Assembly (NCBI GenBank): GCA_963785725.1
Contig: CAWAWS010000033.1
Span: forward strand, 32,001 to 96,000
DNA from: an uncultured delta proteobacterium
GTDB lineage: Bacteria > Myxococcota_A > Polyangia > Palsa-1104
Length of the DNA: 64,000 nt
Direction: 5' to 3'
Shown: one piece after another, positions 10,278 to 22,669 of the stretch
Layout of the letters: every line of letters begins with the position of its first letter
Position numbering within the stretch: the stretch's first letter is position 1
Translations under genes and position numbers: made by a program
The notes under the pieces: generated by a model
Databases searched by the model: none
What the model was told of the DNA's origin: nothing
What the model saw: the letters and a program-made list of their open reading frames with translations, nothing else

Positions 10278-11402
10278 TCAGCGGTATTTGAGGCCGGTGC
10301 CGGTGTTGAAGACGACCACGCGGTCTTCGCTGCCGATTTCGCCGCGCGCGCGCAGCTCGCCGACCGCGGCCCACGCCGCGCCGCCTTCGGGGCAGACGTC
10401 GACGCCGGTCATCGCCGCGAGCTGCGCCGCCGCCGGCTCGATCGCCGCTTCCTCGACGGCGACCGCCGTGCCGCCGGTGTCGCGAATGGCGCTCAAGCAC
10501 AAGAAGCCGCCGATCGGCGACGGCACACGCAAGCCCCAGGCGCGCGTCGTCGCGTTCGGCCACGGCTCGGTGCGCGTGGCGTTGTCGCGCAGCCCGGCGA
10601 CGACGGGCGCGCACCCCGCCGCCTGAACGCTGACGAGCCGCGGCAGCGTCGGCAAAGGCCAGCCGAGCGCGCGCATTTCGTCGAACGCCTTCCACATGCC
10701 GACGAGGCCGGTGCCGCCACCGGTCGGATAGACGATGACGTCGGGAAGCGCGCCGTCGAGCTGCTCGTAGAGCTCGTAGGCCATCGTCTTCTTGCCCTCG
10801 ACGCGATAGGGCTCCTTGAGCGTCGAAAGGTCAAACCAATCGCGCGGGCCGTGCTCACGCAGCCACTTGCCGGCGTCGGCGATGGTGCCGTCGACGAGCC
10901 GCACCTCGGCGCCGTAGTGGCGACACTCGTCGACGAACGCGCGCGGCGTATCGGACGGCATCACCACCAGCACCGGCAACTTCGCCGCCGCGCCGTAGGC
11001 CGCGAGCGCGCCGGCCGCGTTGCCCGCCGACGGCGCCATGAGCGCTTTGGCGCCTAGCGCGCGCGCCATCGACACCGCCGCTGTCATGCCGCGCGCCTTG
11101 AACGATCCCGTCGGATTGCGCGCTTCGTCCTTGATCCACGTGCGCTCGTCGACGGCAACGAGGGGCGTGAAGCCTTCGCCGAGCGTCACTTCACCGGCGA
11201 CGAGCGGCAGCACCTCGCGATAGCGCCACAGCGACGACACGCGCCCACGGAGCTCGGCCGGCTGCAGCCGCACCTTGGACCAATCGTAGTCGACGCGCAG
11301 TGGCATTCCGCAGCGTTCACAAACGGTCTGCAGCTTCTGCAGCGTGTGCGGCGTCTGGCAGGCGAAACAGGTCAAACCAATCAGAGCTGGGTTCAGATGC
11401 AT
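10278..11402 (-). CDS. thrC: Threonine synthase (PLP fold type II)
   Basis: N-terminal CxxC..CxxC, 'SLWRYREVLP', 'KDEARNPTGSFKARG', 'PSAGNAA', 'EPYRVEGKKTMAYE', 'YPTGGGTG', 'FNTGTGLKY'. Confidence 0.88.
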   Translation of the reverse strand: MHLNPALIGLTCFACQTPHTLQKLQTVCERCGMPLRVDYDWSKVRLQPAELRGRVSSLWRYREVLPLVAGEVTLGEGFTPLVAVDERTWIKDEARNPTGSFKARGMTAAVSMARALGAKALMAPSAGNAAGALAAYGAAAKLPVLVVMPSDTPRAFVDECRHYGAEVRLVDGTIADAGKWLREHGPRDWFDLSTLKEPYRVEGKKTMAYELYEQLDGALPDVIVYPTGGGTGLVGMWKAFDEMRALGWPLPTLPRLVSVQAAGCAPVVAGLRDNATRTEPWPNATTRAWGLRVPSPIGGFLCLSAIRDTGGTAVAVEEAAIEPAAAQLAAMTGVDVCPEGGAAWAAVGELRARGEIGSEDRVVVFNTGTGLKYR

Positions 11403-11687
11403 AGGCCACCGTCGAGCGTCAGGGCGCGTCGCTGGCGCGCATCATAGCTGCGGCGGCGTCGGCGATCGGCGCAAACGCCGAGGCCCGAGCGCGCATGCAG
11501 GTGGGCGGACGTGTGACGCTGTCGCGGCCGTGGCAGTCGACGGCGGCGCCGATCGTCACCAACCGTCGTCCGACGCGGCGCGCGATCCTCGTCATTTGCG
11601 TGACTTGGCCGCGATCGACGCGGCGACGGCGAAACCGGCAGACGAACGCTACACCTCGGTTGCATTTCGCAGCGCGGTTGCGTAAAT

Positions 11688-11705
11688 TGAATGAGCGCTC
11701 ATTCA
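11688..11705. promoter_or_regulatory. Perfect 18-bp palindrome TGAATGAGCGCTCATTCA, likely TetR-family fatty-acid-degradation operator
   Basis: Lies just before RBS AGGAGG (11712-11717) of the acyl-CoA dehydrogenase; resembles the Bacillus FadR (YsiA) box TGAATGA-N4-TCATTCA. Confidence 0.7.
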
Positions 11706-11722
11706 GCAACCAGGAGGCCGTC

Positions 11723-13587
<1,865 letters not shown>

Positions 13588-13596
13588 CGGCCATGA

Positions 13597-13640
13597 CGGC
13601 AATGGTTTAACCAATTTTACGATTGGTTGAACCATTGCCG
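13597..13640. terminator. Inverted repeat built from two TGGTTNAACCA copies 21 bp apart, just after the acyl-CoA dehydrogenase stop
   Basis: cggcaatggtt...aaccattgccg; cores at 13603 and 13624; terminator role is inferred and there is no clear U-tract. Confidence 0.4.
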
Positions 13641-14123
13641 TGGCTAGGGCAACACCCGATCCGTTCGCGCAATTCTCCCCCCGCCACTCGCATGTAGCCC
13701 GTCGACGCGGAATCCCGCGCGCGCCGCCGTCGTGCGCACGATTGAAGGCCACTCAGAAGACAATCTCGCGTCGTCGACGGAGCTTCCCGCGCTCCTCGCT
13801 GCTGTGTGGCACCGAGGACGAGGCCTCGGCTCATAGCCAATGGACACTGCTCGCTGCGCTGTGTGGCACCGAGGGACGACCTCGCCTCATAGCCGATGGA
13901 CCCCGAGCGCGTCGCCGGAGAAGCGCCATCGGCTCGAGCTCGGATCGCGTGCGATAGCGGAACGCGAATTGGTTTAGCCAATACTGAATTGGACAAACCG
14001 TCTTCGCGCGGCTACGCGGCGGGACGCATGCGTTTAGTCGTGGAATCGCGGGAGATCGAGGGCCGGCGAATGGTTTAACCAATCCTGGAATTGGTTAAAC
14101 CATTTCGCCGGACCGTCGGAGGT

Positions 14124-15724
14124 TTAGCGGTTGCCGTCGACTTCGGGAGCGGGAGCGGAGGTCTTGCGGTTGCCCGGCTCGGAGGCGGCATCGGACGTCG
14201 GACGCGCGGGCGCGGCCGGAGCCGCGTGCGAGTTGCCGACGTTCGGCGTGGCATTCACCGGCCGACCGACCGTGTCGTCGCCGCGGTGCTGCTGCGGCTG
14301 TCCGCCGCCGTGCTGATTTCCCGGCTGGCCGCCGCCGGCGTGCTGCTGCCCGGCGTGCTGATTTCCCGGCTGGCCGCCGCCACCGTGCTGACCGCTCGGC
14401 TGGTTTCCGGGCTGACCGCCGACATGCTGACCGCCCTGCTGGCCGCCCGCATCCTGACCGCCTTGCTGGCCGGCCGTGTGCTGGCCGCCCGGCTGGCCGG
14501 CCGCGTGCTGACCGCCTTGCTGGCCGGCCGCGTGCTGGCCGCCGACATGCTGGCCGCCAGCGCCCGGCGCGCCTGCCGCGCCCGGCGCGCCCATCTCGCC
14601 CGGACGGCGCCGCCCGCGCCCGCCGCGACGACGCTTCTTCCGCTCGGCATCGGCGCCCGCCGGCCCAGCCGGCCCGCCGGCCGCGCTCGCGCCGCCGCCG
14701 CCCGGCGCCTGCCCCTCGGGACGCGGCCCACGCGGCGCACCGCCCGGACCACGTCCGCCCGGTCCGCCACCGCCAGGTCCGCCACCGGGACCACGTCCAC
14801 CCGGTCCGCCGCCGCCGGGACCGCGTCCGCCCGGTCCGCCGCCGCCCGGTCCGCGTCCGCCCGGCCCGCCGCCGCCAGGTCCACGTCCGCCGCCCGGTCC
14901 GCCCGGTCCACGACGCTCGCCGCCCGGTCCGCCCGCGCGCTCGCCGCCCGGCCCGCCTGCGCCGCCCGGTCCGCCCGCGTGCTGCCCGCCCGGCCCGCGT
15001 CCGCGGCCGCCGCGATCATTCCAATCGCCGCCGCCCGGCGCGCCGCGCCCCGGCCGCTTCGGCCCGCGCTTCTTGTCGCCGAACTTGCCGCCGCCGCGCC
15101 CGTCACGCCCCGCGTTCGGATCGCGCGTCAACATCCAGCCCGAGCCCGCCGACGGCGTCGGTCCGCCGCGCTCTTCGCGCTCGTCCTTGGGCGCGCCACC
15201 GTCGCTGCGCGCCGCCTCTTTGACGAGCGAGCCGAGCCCGCGCGGCGCCTTCTGCTTGGGCGCGCCGAAGGGGCTCGGCGCTGCCGCCGTCCACCACCGC
15301 CGCCGCCGCCGCCGCGTCCTTCGCGACCGCCGCCGCCGCCGCGTCCTTCGCGACCGCCGCCACGACCGCCGCGAGCGTCACGCGCGCCGCCGCCGCCCGC
15401 TTCCGGCTGCCAATCGACGACGTAGTTGAACTCGCCGATCTTCGTCGCGCCACGCGGCTCGTGATCGTTGGCGAAGACGCGCACGAGGCGCACCTTGGCC
15501 GCGCGATCGCCGACCGCCTGCAGCGCCTCCAGCAACCGCGCCAGGCGATCGCCGGTGACCGCCAGCGCCTCGCCCAGCCGCTCGCTCATTTGCTCATCGG
15601 TCACGCCTTCGCCTTGCAGCTTGGCGCGCGTCTCCGCCGCTTTCTGCACGGACGTACCGCTGAACTCCGTGACCGTACGGTACGGTCCCTTCTTCTCAGT
15701 TTCGACCTGCTTCTCGTCGCTCAT
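14124..15724 (-). CDS. Hypothetical protein: small folded N-terminal domain plus long RGG/Gly-Pro and Gln-His-Gly disordered tail (frameshift near 15270-15290)
   Basis: ORFs 15128..15724 and 14124..15134 join through 'SPFGAPKQKAPRGLGSL...GSGWMLTRDP'; ATGA overlap with the upstream S1 gene. Confidence 0.7.
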
Positions 15725-16933
15725 TTCGTCTTCTTCCCGCCTTTGAGCAAATCTGCGAACGTTCCCAAGCTCGACGGCGCCTTTGGCGCATCATTGGTTG
15801 AACCATTGTTGTCATCGCCGGCTTCGATCAGGCCCAGCGACAAACGGCGCTTGTCTTTGTCGACCGCGAGTACCACGACCTCGAGCTGCGCGCCTACCTG
15901 TGTTGCTTCGCGCGCGTGGCGGATCTGCTTGCCGCTTGGCCAGCTCGCTGACGTGCAAGCAGGCCCTCGACGCCGGGCGCCAGCTCGACGAACGCGCCGA
16001 AGGTCTCGAGGCGCACGACCTTGCCGCTGCGCGCGCGCGCCCTCGTAGAACTTCGTCGCCGCGTCGGCCCACGGATCGCTGGCCAGCGACTTCAGCGACA
16101 GCGAAATACGCTCGCCGCGCTTGGGATCGTCGCCCTTCTCCATCTTCAAGATCTGAACTTCGATCTCTTGCCCGACGCTGAGCACGTCTTTCGGATGCGC
16201 CGACGCGGCTGAAAGCCGAGCTCGCTCACGTGCAGCATGCCCTCGACGCCGCCGAGGTCGACGAACGCGCCGTAGTCCTTGATCGTCGTGACTTTGCCGC
16301 GCACGACCGCGCCGGGCTCGAGCGTCTTGCGCGTCTCGACGGCGAGCGTCGCCTGCTCCTCGCTCGAGCAGCGCGCGGCGCGACACGACCATGTTGAGGC
16401 GATTGCCGTTGAGCTCGTAGCGCGTGATGCGGAAGCGCAGCTTCTGGCCGACGTAGCCGACGCGTCCTCGACGTGGCGCACGTCGAGCTGCGAGATCGGG
16501 CAGAACGCGCGCACGCCGGCGACGGTGACTTCGACGCCGCCTTTGTTGACGCCGCTGACGGTGCCTTCGACGGGGACGCCGAGCTGGAACGCCTGCTCGA
16601 GCTCGGCCTTGCCCTCGGCGCCGCGGCCGAGCAGCCGCTTGAGCACGATCGAGCCCGACGGGCCGCCGACCTCGACCACGCGCGCCTCCAGCTCGTCCAT
16701 TGGTTGAACCAATAGCTTGCCGTCAGCGTCGCGCAGCTCGGTCAGATCGATCACGCCGTCGGACTTGGCGCCGATATCGATGAAGGCGGCGCTGCGACCA
16801 ATGCTGATCACTTTGCCACGCACGTGTCGCCGACCTGCGGCTCCTTGCGCTTCTTCTTCGAACGACCGTCATCCGGACCTTCGAATTCGGCCAGTAGTGT
16901 TGCGAAATCTTCTTCGTCGTGTTCGGGCGGCAT
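15721..16933 (-). CDS. S1 RNA-binding domain protein (ribosomal protein S1-like, about 4 S1 repeats), several frameshifts
   Basis: 'MPPEHDEEDFATLLAEFE', 'VRGKVISIG..AFIDIGAKSDG', 'VEGTVSGVNKGG..RAFCPISQLD', 'VRGKVTTIKDYGAFVDLGGVEGMLHVSE', C-terminal 'SLGTFADLLK'. Confidence 0.85.
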
Positions 16934-16980
16934 GGGCGGGCTAGTCTACATCGAAAGAACCGCCGTGCTATATCAGGCAA

Positions 16981-17259
16981 ATGCCGCCCAAGACTACATG
17001 TCCCATCAGCCGACCCGACTTTTTATCGAAGGCCGAGCCGCTCAAGATCGATCTCGGTAACGGTCAGGTCCTCATCGCCGAGCCGCGCCAGTTCTCCACC
17101 GGCAGCTTCGGCTGGTACGTCAACTCCAAGGCCAACATCTCCGTCGACGGCAAGCCGCTCTCGGTGCAGGTCGGTATGAACCTCATCGTCGTCGGCAGCA
17201 AGGAAGCCAAGGGCGGAGAGACGGCCGAGGCCAAGCCCGACGACAGCAGCAATGGTTGA
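16981..17259 (+). CDS. Small conserved hypothetical protein (FSTGSFGW motif)
   Basis: 92 aa with GC3-rich codons and beta-strand pattern 'EPRQFSTGSFGWYVNSK..VQVGMNLIVVGSKE'; divergent from the S1 gene. Confidence 0.75.
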   Translation: MPPKTTCPISRPDFLSKAEPLKIDLGNGQVLIAEPRQFSTGSFGWYVNSKANISVDGKPLSVQVGMNLIVVGSKEAKGGETAEAKPDDSSNG

Positions 17260-17448
17260 ACCATTGGCGACGGCAGCGGCCCGCGCCGCGCGTCGCTAGC
17301 CGTCACCGGTCGGAACTCAGGTGAACCCGGGTGCGCCTGGGCGCGTCTGCCAGCATTGGCGGCGACGGCCCAGGCGCAATCGTGTGCGGAGTCGTGGGTG
17401 GGTCGGAAATTGGTTTAACCATTCCGAGAAATGGTTAAACCAATTTGC

Positions 17449-20146
17449 TCAGTACTGCTGCAGGAACTACGTGACGCTGGGCTGCTGCGCCCGACGAACG
17501 CGCCGCACAGCTGGATGCGCTCGAGCGCCTGCGCAAGGTTGCGCGGCCCGCCCGGCAGCTTAGGCAGCTGGTCGTTGAAGAAGGCCTCGACGGCGCGCGC
17601 GTGCTCGTCGTCGCAGAAGCTGCCCGTGATCTCGGCGACCCGCCCATCAGCTCCGGCGACAGTCGCCTAAGCAGCTGGTCGAAATGGCTCTGCAGGAACT
17701 TCCACGCCAGCTCGCGCGACTCGGGCTCGCGATCGAGATCGCCGAGCAGCCGATACGTCTCGCGCGCGTCGAAGTCGTCGCTGGCGATGACATCGAGCGT
17801 CGCCTGGTTGAGCGCCGCGCCCGGGAACGCCGGCAGCGTCGCCAGAATGCGACGGCGATCGCTGCGTTCGGTCGCGTGCTTGGCCTCGGCCACGTAGCGG
17901 TCGAAGAGCGCGCGATCGCCGGCCCGCGCCGCCACTTCCAGCACCGACGCCGGCGACGTCGGGATCGACGGCCTTGCGATCGCTCAGCCAGCGCAACGCC
18001 AGACGCCTTGGCCTGCGCGCGCAGCGTCGCGTCCTCGCCCTCGTCGGCGACGAGCCCGACCAATTCCGGGCGCAACAGCCGCGTGTCCTCGTCGTCGCTC
18101 TTGCGCGCCGTCCAGCCGAGCGCGCGCGCCCGCTCGCCGAACACCTTCTGAATGTAACGCGCATATTGCGGCCGCAGCGACGGCGGAACGAGGTGTCTCG
18201 CGCAGCCGCCCCGCCCAATGAATCGACTCCTCGGCCACTTCGCGCCGCGGATCCTTCACCATCCACGGCGTCAGCGCGAGCGCGTCGGCGAGCGGCATGC
18301 GGCCCGCTTGCGTCAGCGCGCTGACGTCGTCGAGGAGCCCGATCATCTCCGGCAGCTCGAGCAGCTTACGACCGTTCTCGCCCAGCAGCTTCGCCAGCAG
18401 ATCGCTGCCGTAGACGGCGCGGAAGTAGCCGGCCTCGCCGTCGTTGGCGAGCAGCCACGTCGGGCAGCTCTTGGCGTCGCTGAGCGGCAGCGTCGCCTTG
18501 ACGTCGCTGACGATGCCGCAGGTGCGACCGGTCTTGCCGCCGGCGACCCAGCGCGCGCACAGCGGAATCTGCCAATGCTGATTGGTTGAACCTTTGCTGC
18601 CGACGGGCAAGAAGCGCTGCTGCGCCAACGCCAGCGACGGCGTCTGCCCGGCGTCGCACTGCAGCTTGACGTCGACGAGCGGCGCGCCCGGCTGATCGAG
18701 GAAGCTCTTGAACGCCGGCGCCAAGTCGCGACCGACGGCGCTCGAGATGGCGCCCACGAAGTCGTCGACGGTGGCGTTGCCGTTGGCGTGCGCCTGCAAG
18801 TAGGCGCGGACGCCGCGCTGGAAGGTCTCGGCGCCGACGAAGCGCTCGAACATCGCCAACACGACGCTGCCTTTGGCGTAGGTGATGCCGCTGTCGAACG
18901 AGTTGTAGATGTCGTCCATGCTGGCGACGGGCTGACGAATGCGGCGCGCGCTGACGAGCGCGTCCGAGCGCAGCGCCTGCGCGCGATAGCCGACGACGCC
19001 GGTATGGTTCAACCATTCCGGCTTCCATTGGTCGATGATCTTCGTCTCCATCCAGGTCGCGAACGATTCGTTGAGCCAGATGTCGTCCCACCACGCGGTC
19101 GTCACGAGATCGCCGAACCACTGGTGCGCGTACTCGTGGGCGGCGACCTCGGCGTATTGCCTCTGGAAACGCAGCCCTTCGTCGGCGTGCTTGGCGACGA
19201 GCAAGCTGTTGGCGTAGGTGACCATGCCGACGTTCTCCATGGCGCCGAACGTCGACGTGATCGGGATGGAGACGTTGTCGAGCTTGTCGAACGGAAACGG
19301 AATGCCGAAGTATTTCTCGAGCAGACCGAGCAGATCGCCCGAGACTTTGACGGCCCAGCGCGCGTCGCCGCCGCGGCCGAACGGCACCGCGACGCGAATC
19401 GGCGTCTGCTTCTGCCCGGCGCGACCGGCTTCGACGATGTCGTAGGGGCCGACGGCGAACGCGACGAGGTAGCTCGGCAGCGGCGCCGTCTCGGCGAACG
19501 TCACCGTCTTCATGCCCGGATGCTCGGCTTTCGTGGCCGTGATGCGCGTATTCGACAGCGTCGCCAGCTTCTCGGGCACTTCCAGCGTCAGCTGCCACGG
19601 CGTCTTCATATCCGGCTGATCGAAGCAGGGAAAGGCGCGGCGCGCGAAGATCGACTCGAACTGCGTGATCGCGTACCAGCGATCGCCCTCTTTCTGCGCG
19701 AAGATGCCGCGATCGTCGCGGCGCGAGATGGGCCCCGTGTAATCGATGTGCAGCGTCGCCTTGCCGGCGGCGATTGGTTTGACCACTTGGAAGCCGACGA
19801 ACTCTTCGTTGCCGGGCACGACGCGCGCCGGGATCTTCTCGCTGCCAACCGTAAAGACGGCCTGCGTGATCTTGAGCTCCGTCGAGTTGAGCCACAAGAG
19901 GTCGGTCGCGCGCTTGAAGTCGATGTCGATGTCGATGGCGCCGCTGAACGTCGGCTGATCCGGCTGCACGTTGACGCGCGCGCGATAGCGGACGGGGCGG
20001 GCGCGATCGTCGACGCGCAGCGCCGGCGGTTGCGCGCCGGCGGGTGAAGCGGTGCCGGCGGCGGCGACGGCGCCCACGGGCGCGGCGGCGGCCGAGGCGC
20101 CGACGAGCGCGAGCGGGATGAAGGCGACCCATGAACGTACGAACAT
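17449..20146 (-). CDS. Secreted M1 family aminopeptidase with ERAP1-like C-terminal domain; frameshifted in the 3' third
   Basis: Signal peptide, 'TQFESIFARRAFPCFD', GAMEN, HEYAH..WFG..WLNE, 'ITYAKG'; 3' end approximate. Confidence 0.88.
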
Positions 20147-20479
20147 TCTCGATCTCCAGGAGTTGAGGACTACGACTGAGGTGCAACACCGAATGGTGCG
20201 GATGGTTCAACCATTTGCGCAGCTCGTCGCTGAAGGTCGCGCGGGCAGATGTGGGCGACAGTGCGGCGCGGCGCCGCGCAACGGCAGGCGGCCGACGGGG
20301 GAAGACAGACGACTGACGAGCGGCGGCGGTGACGACGTGACGGGCGCGACCCGCTGCACCGAGCCGCACATTGGTTAAACCAATTCCACGCGCAGCGCGG
20401 CAGGCGAACCGCAGGGCTCACACCGGCAATCGCACGACGCGCGCAGCCGAGAAACGTTACACCGCTCCGCCGAATTGCG

Positions 20480-20850
20480 GTCGAGGAGGGTTAACCAACT
20501 GCCGGCGCGGCCATGCGACGACTGGAACGGGGATGGTCAAACCAATTGCCGACGCCGTCCCCGGCAGCTTCGAGCGGAAATGGTTTAACCAATTGCAGAC
20601 GTGCCAAGGCTCGAACGGGAATGGTTAAACCGATGGCCGGCGCGGCCACCGCTCGAACGGAACGCTGAACCGATGGCCGGCGCGGCCACTGGCACGACTC
20701 GAACGGGAATGCTTGAACCAACTGCCGGCGCGGCCACTGGCACGACTCGAACCAGCCGCCGCGGCCACTGTCACGACTCGAACGGAATGGTTAAACCACT
20801 GCCGGCGCGGCCACTGTCACGACTCGAACGCGAATGGTTAAACCAATTGC
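20480..20850. repeat. Degenerate tandem array (about 41-47 bp units) carrying the TGGTTNAACCA motif
   Basis: Unit gccggcgcggccactgtcacgactcgaacgggaatggttaaacca; cores or variants at 20534, 20581, 20622, 20710, 20788, 20835. Confidence 0.85.
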
Positions 20851-21323
20851 GGGCGCTGCCAGAGCTCGAACCGATGGGGGAGCTCGTCGTCGCGATGGAG
20901 CTCGGTTTCGGCGAGCGTCCAGGTGTCGTCGAGCGCGGGGAACTGGGTGTCGCCGTCGAAGTGGCGCTCGATGACGGTCAAATGCACGCGACGCGCGAGC
21001 GGCAGCACGTGACGATAGAGCTCAGCGCCACCGATCACGAACGGCTCGTCGTCGGTCTGGCACGCGGCCAGCGCGTCCGCGGGTGAATGCGCGACGATGA
21101 CGCCGTCGGGCGCGCGAAAATCGAGCTGCCGCGTGACGACGACGCTGGTGCGCCCGGGCAGCGCGCGACCGATCGAATCCCACGTGTGACGGCCCATGAC
21201 GATGTGATGCCCCATCGTCAGGCGCTTGAACCGCTGCAGATCGGCCGGCAGACGCCACGGCAATCGATTGTCGACGCCAATGACACGATTCTCCGACATG
21301 GCAACGATGAGCGACAGATTCAC
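20838..21323 (-). CDS. folA: Dihydrofolate reductase
   Basis: 'LIVAMSENRVIGVDNRLPWRLPADLQRFKRLT', 'IVMGRHTWDSIGRALPGR', 'FVIGGAELY', 'GDTQFP'. Confidence 0.95.
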   Translation of the reverse strand: MNLSLIVAMSENRVIGVDNRLPWRLPADLQRFKRLTMGHHIVMGRHTWDSIGRALPGRTSVVVTRQLDFRAPDGVIVAHSPADALAACQTDDEPFVIGGAELYRHVLPLARRVHLTVIERHFDGDTQFPALDDTWTLAETELHRDDELPHRFELWQRPQLV

Positions 21324-21409
21324 GCAGCCAACCTCGCATGATTCGACCGCGCCGCAACAGCATTTCTTGTCGCGCGAGTCGTGACAGGACTCGGTCGTTC
21401 GTAAGGAGC

Positions 21410-21720
21410 GCGCTCACTCGAATCGCCGCTCCTCTCAGTCGACCGCACATTGAATCAACCGCTGCTCGAATCGCCGCTTACTTGAAAAGCCGCTTAGTCG
21501 AGTCGCCAGTCACTTGAACAGTCCGCTCGCTTGAACGGCCGCTTGATTGAACAGCCGCTTGATTGAACAGCCGCTTACTCGGATCGACCGTTGCTCGAAT
21601 CGACCATTGCTCGGATCGACGTTACTCGAATCGACCGTTGCTCGAATCGACCGCTCACTTGAATCCACTGGTCAGTTGAATCGGCTCACCGAAATCGGCT
21701 GGCACTCGAATAGCGCCGCA
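21410..21720. repeat. Degenerate minisatellite of about 16 bp units between thyA and folA
   Basis: Units such as ttgaacagccgcttga and ctcgaatcgaccgttg repeated many times. Confidence 0.8.
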
Positions 21721-21834
21721 TTCGTCCGGAAGTCGGCGGAGAATGGCGCGCCATTTCCGCCAAGCGTTCGTGCGCTCGACGATTGGCGTTCACTGGAATT
21801 GTTCGCGCGCCACTTCGATGGTTCGTGCGGCGAG

Positions 21835-22629
21835 CTATACGGCGATGGGCGCCTTGATCGTCGGATGCGGGTCGTAGCCGTCGAGCCGGAAGTCTTCGTA
21901 CTGGAATTCGAAGATCGATTGCACTGCGGGATTGAGGTGCATGGTCGGCAATGCGCGCGGCGCGCGCGACAATTGCAGCTGCGCCTGCTCGACGTGGTTC
22001 AAATACAAATGCGCGTCACCGAGCGTATGCACGAACTCGCCGGGCTGAAGATTGCAGACTTGCGCCATCATCATCGTCAACAACGCATAAGACGCGATAT
22101 TGAAAGGGACGCCCAAGAAGATGTCGGCGCTCCTTTGATATAATTGGCAGCTGAGCTTTCCATTGGCGACATAGAACTGGAATAGCGAGTGACAAGGCGG
22201 AAGCTTCATCTTGTTTACTTCGGCGACATTCCAGGCACTGACGATCAAGCGCCGCGAATCGGGGTTCGTCTTGATTTGCGCGACGACGTTGCTGATTTGA
22301 TCGATCGTCGTGCCGTCGGCGGCGGGCCAGCTGCGCCATTGATGACCGTAGACGGGACCCAATTCGCCATTGGCGTCGGCCCATTCGTCCCAAATAGAGA
22401 CGCCGCGCTCCTGCAGCCAATGAACGTTGGTGCTGCCGGTCAAGAACCAGAGCAGCTCGTAGACGATCGATTTCATGTGCAGCTTCTTCGTCGTCACGGC
22501 AGGAAAGCCGGCGGCGAGGTCGAAGCGCATCTGGTAACCGAAGACACTGACCGTGCCGGTGCCGGTGCGATCCCCTTTTTTGACGCCGTTGTCGAGGACG
22601 TGGCGCACGAGGTCGAGGTATTGCTTCAT
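21835..22629 (-). CDS. thyA: Thymidylate synthase
   Basis: 'MKQYLDL..DRTGTGT', 'ELLWFL', '[10 protein letters not shown]', '[12 protein letters not shown]', catalytic 'LPPCH', '[18 protein letters not shown]'. Confidence 0.97.
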   Translation of the reverse strand: MKQYLDLVRHVLDNGVKKGDRTGTGTVSVFGYQMRFDLAAGFPAVTTKKLHMKSIVYELLWFLTGSTNVHWLQERGVSIWDEWADANGELGPVYGHQWRSWPAADGTTIDQISNVVAQIKTNPDSRRLIVSAWNVAEVNKMKLPPCHSLFQFYVANGKLSCQLYQRSADIFLGVPFNIASYALLTMMMAQVCNLQPGEFVHTLGDAHLYLNHVEQAQLQLSRAPRALPTMHLNPAVQSIFEFQYEDFRLDGYDPHPTIKAPIAV

Positions 22630-22669
22630 CGAGTCCAGAAGGTACCAGATCGTGATAGCTTTCGGCACC

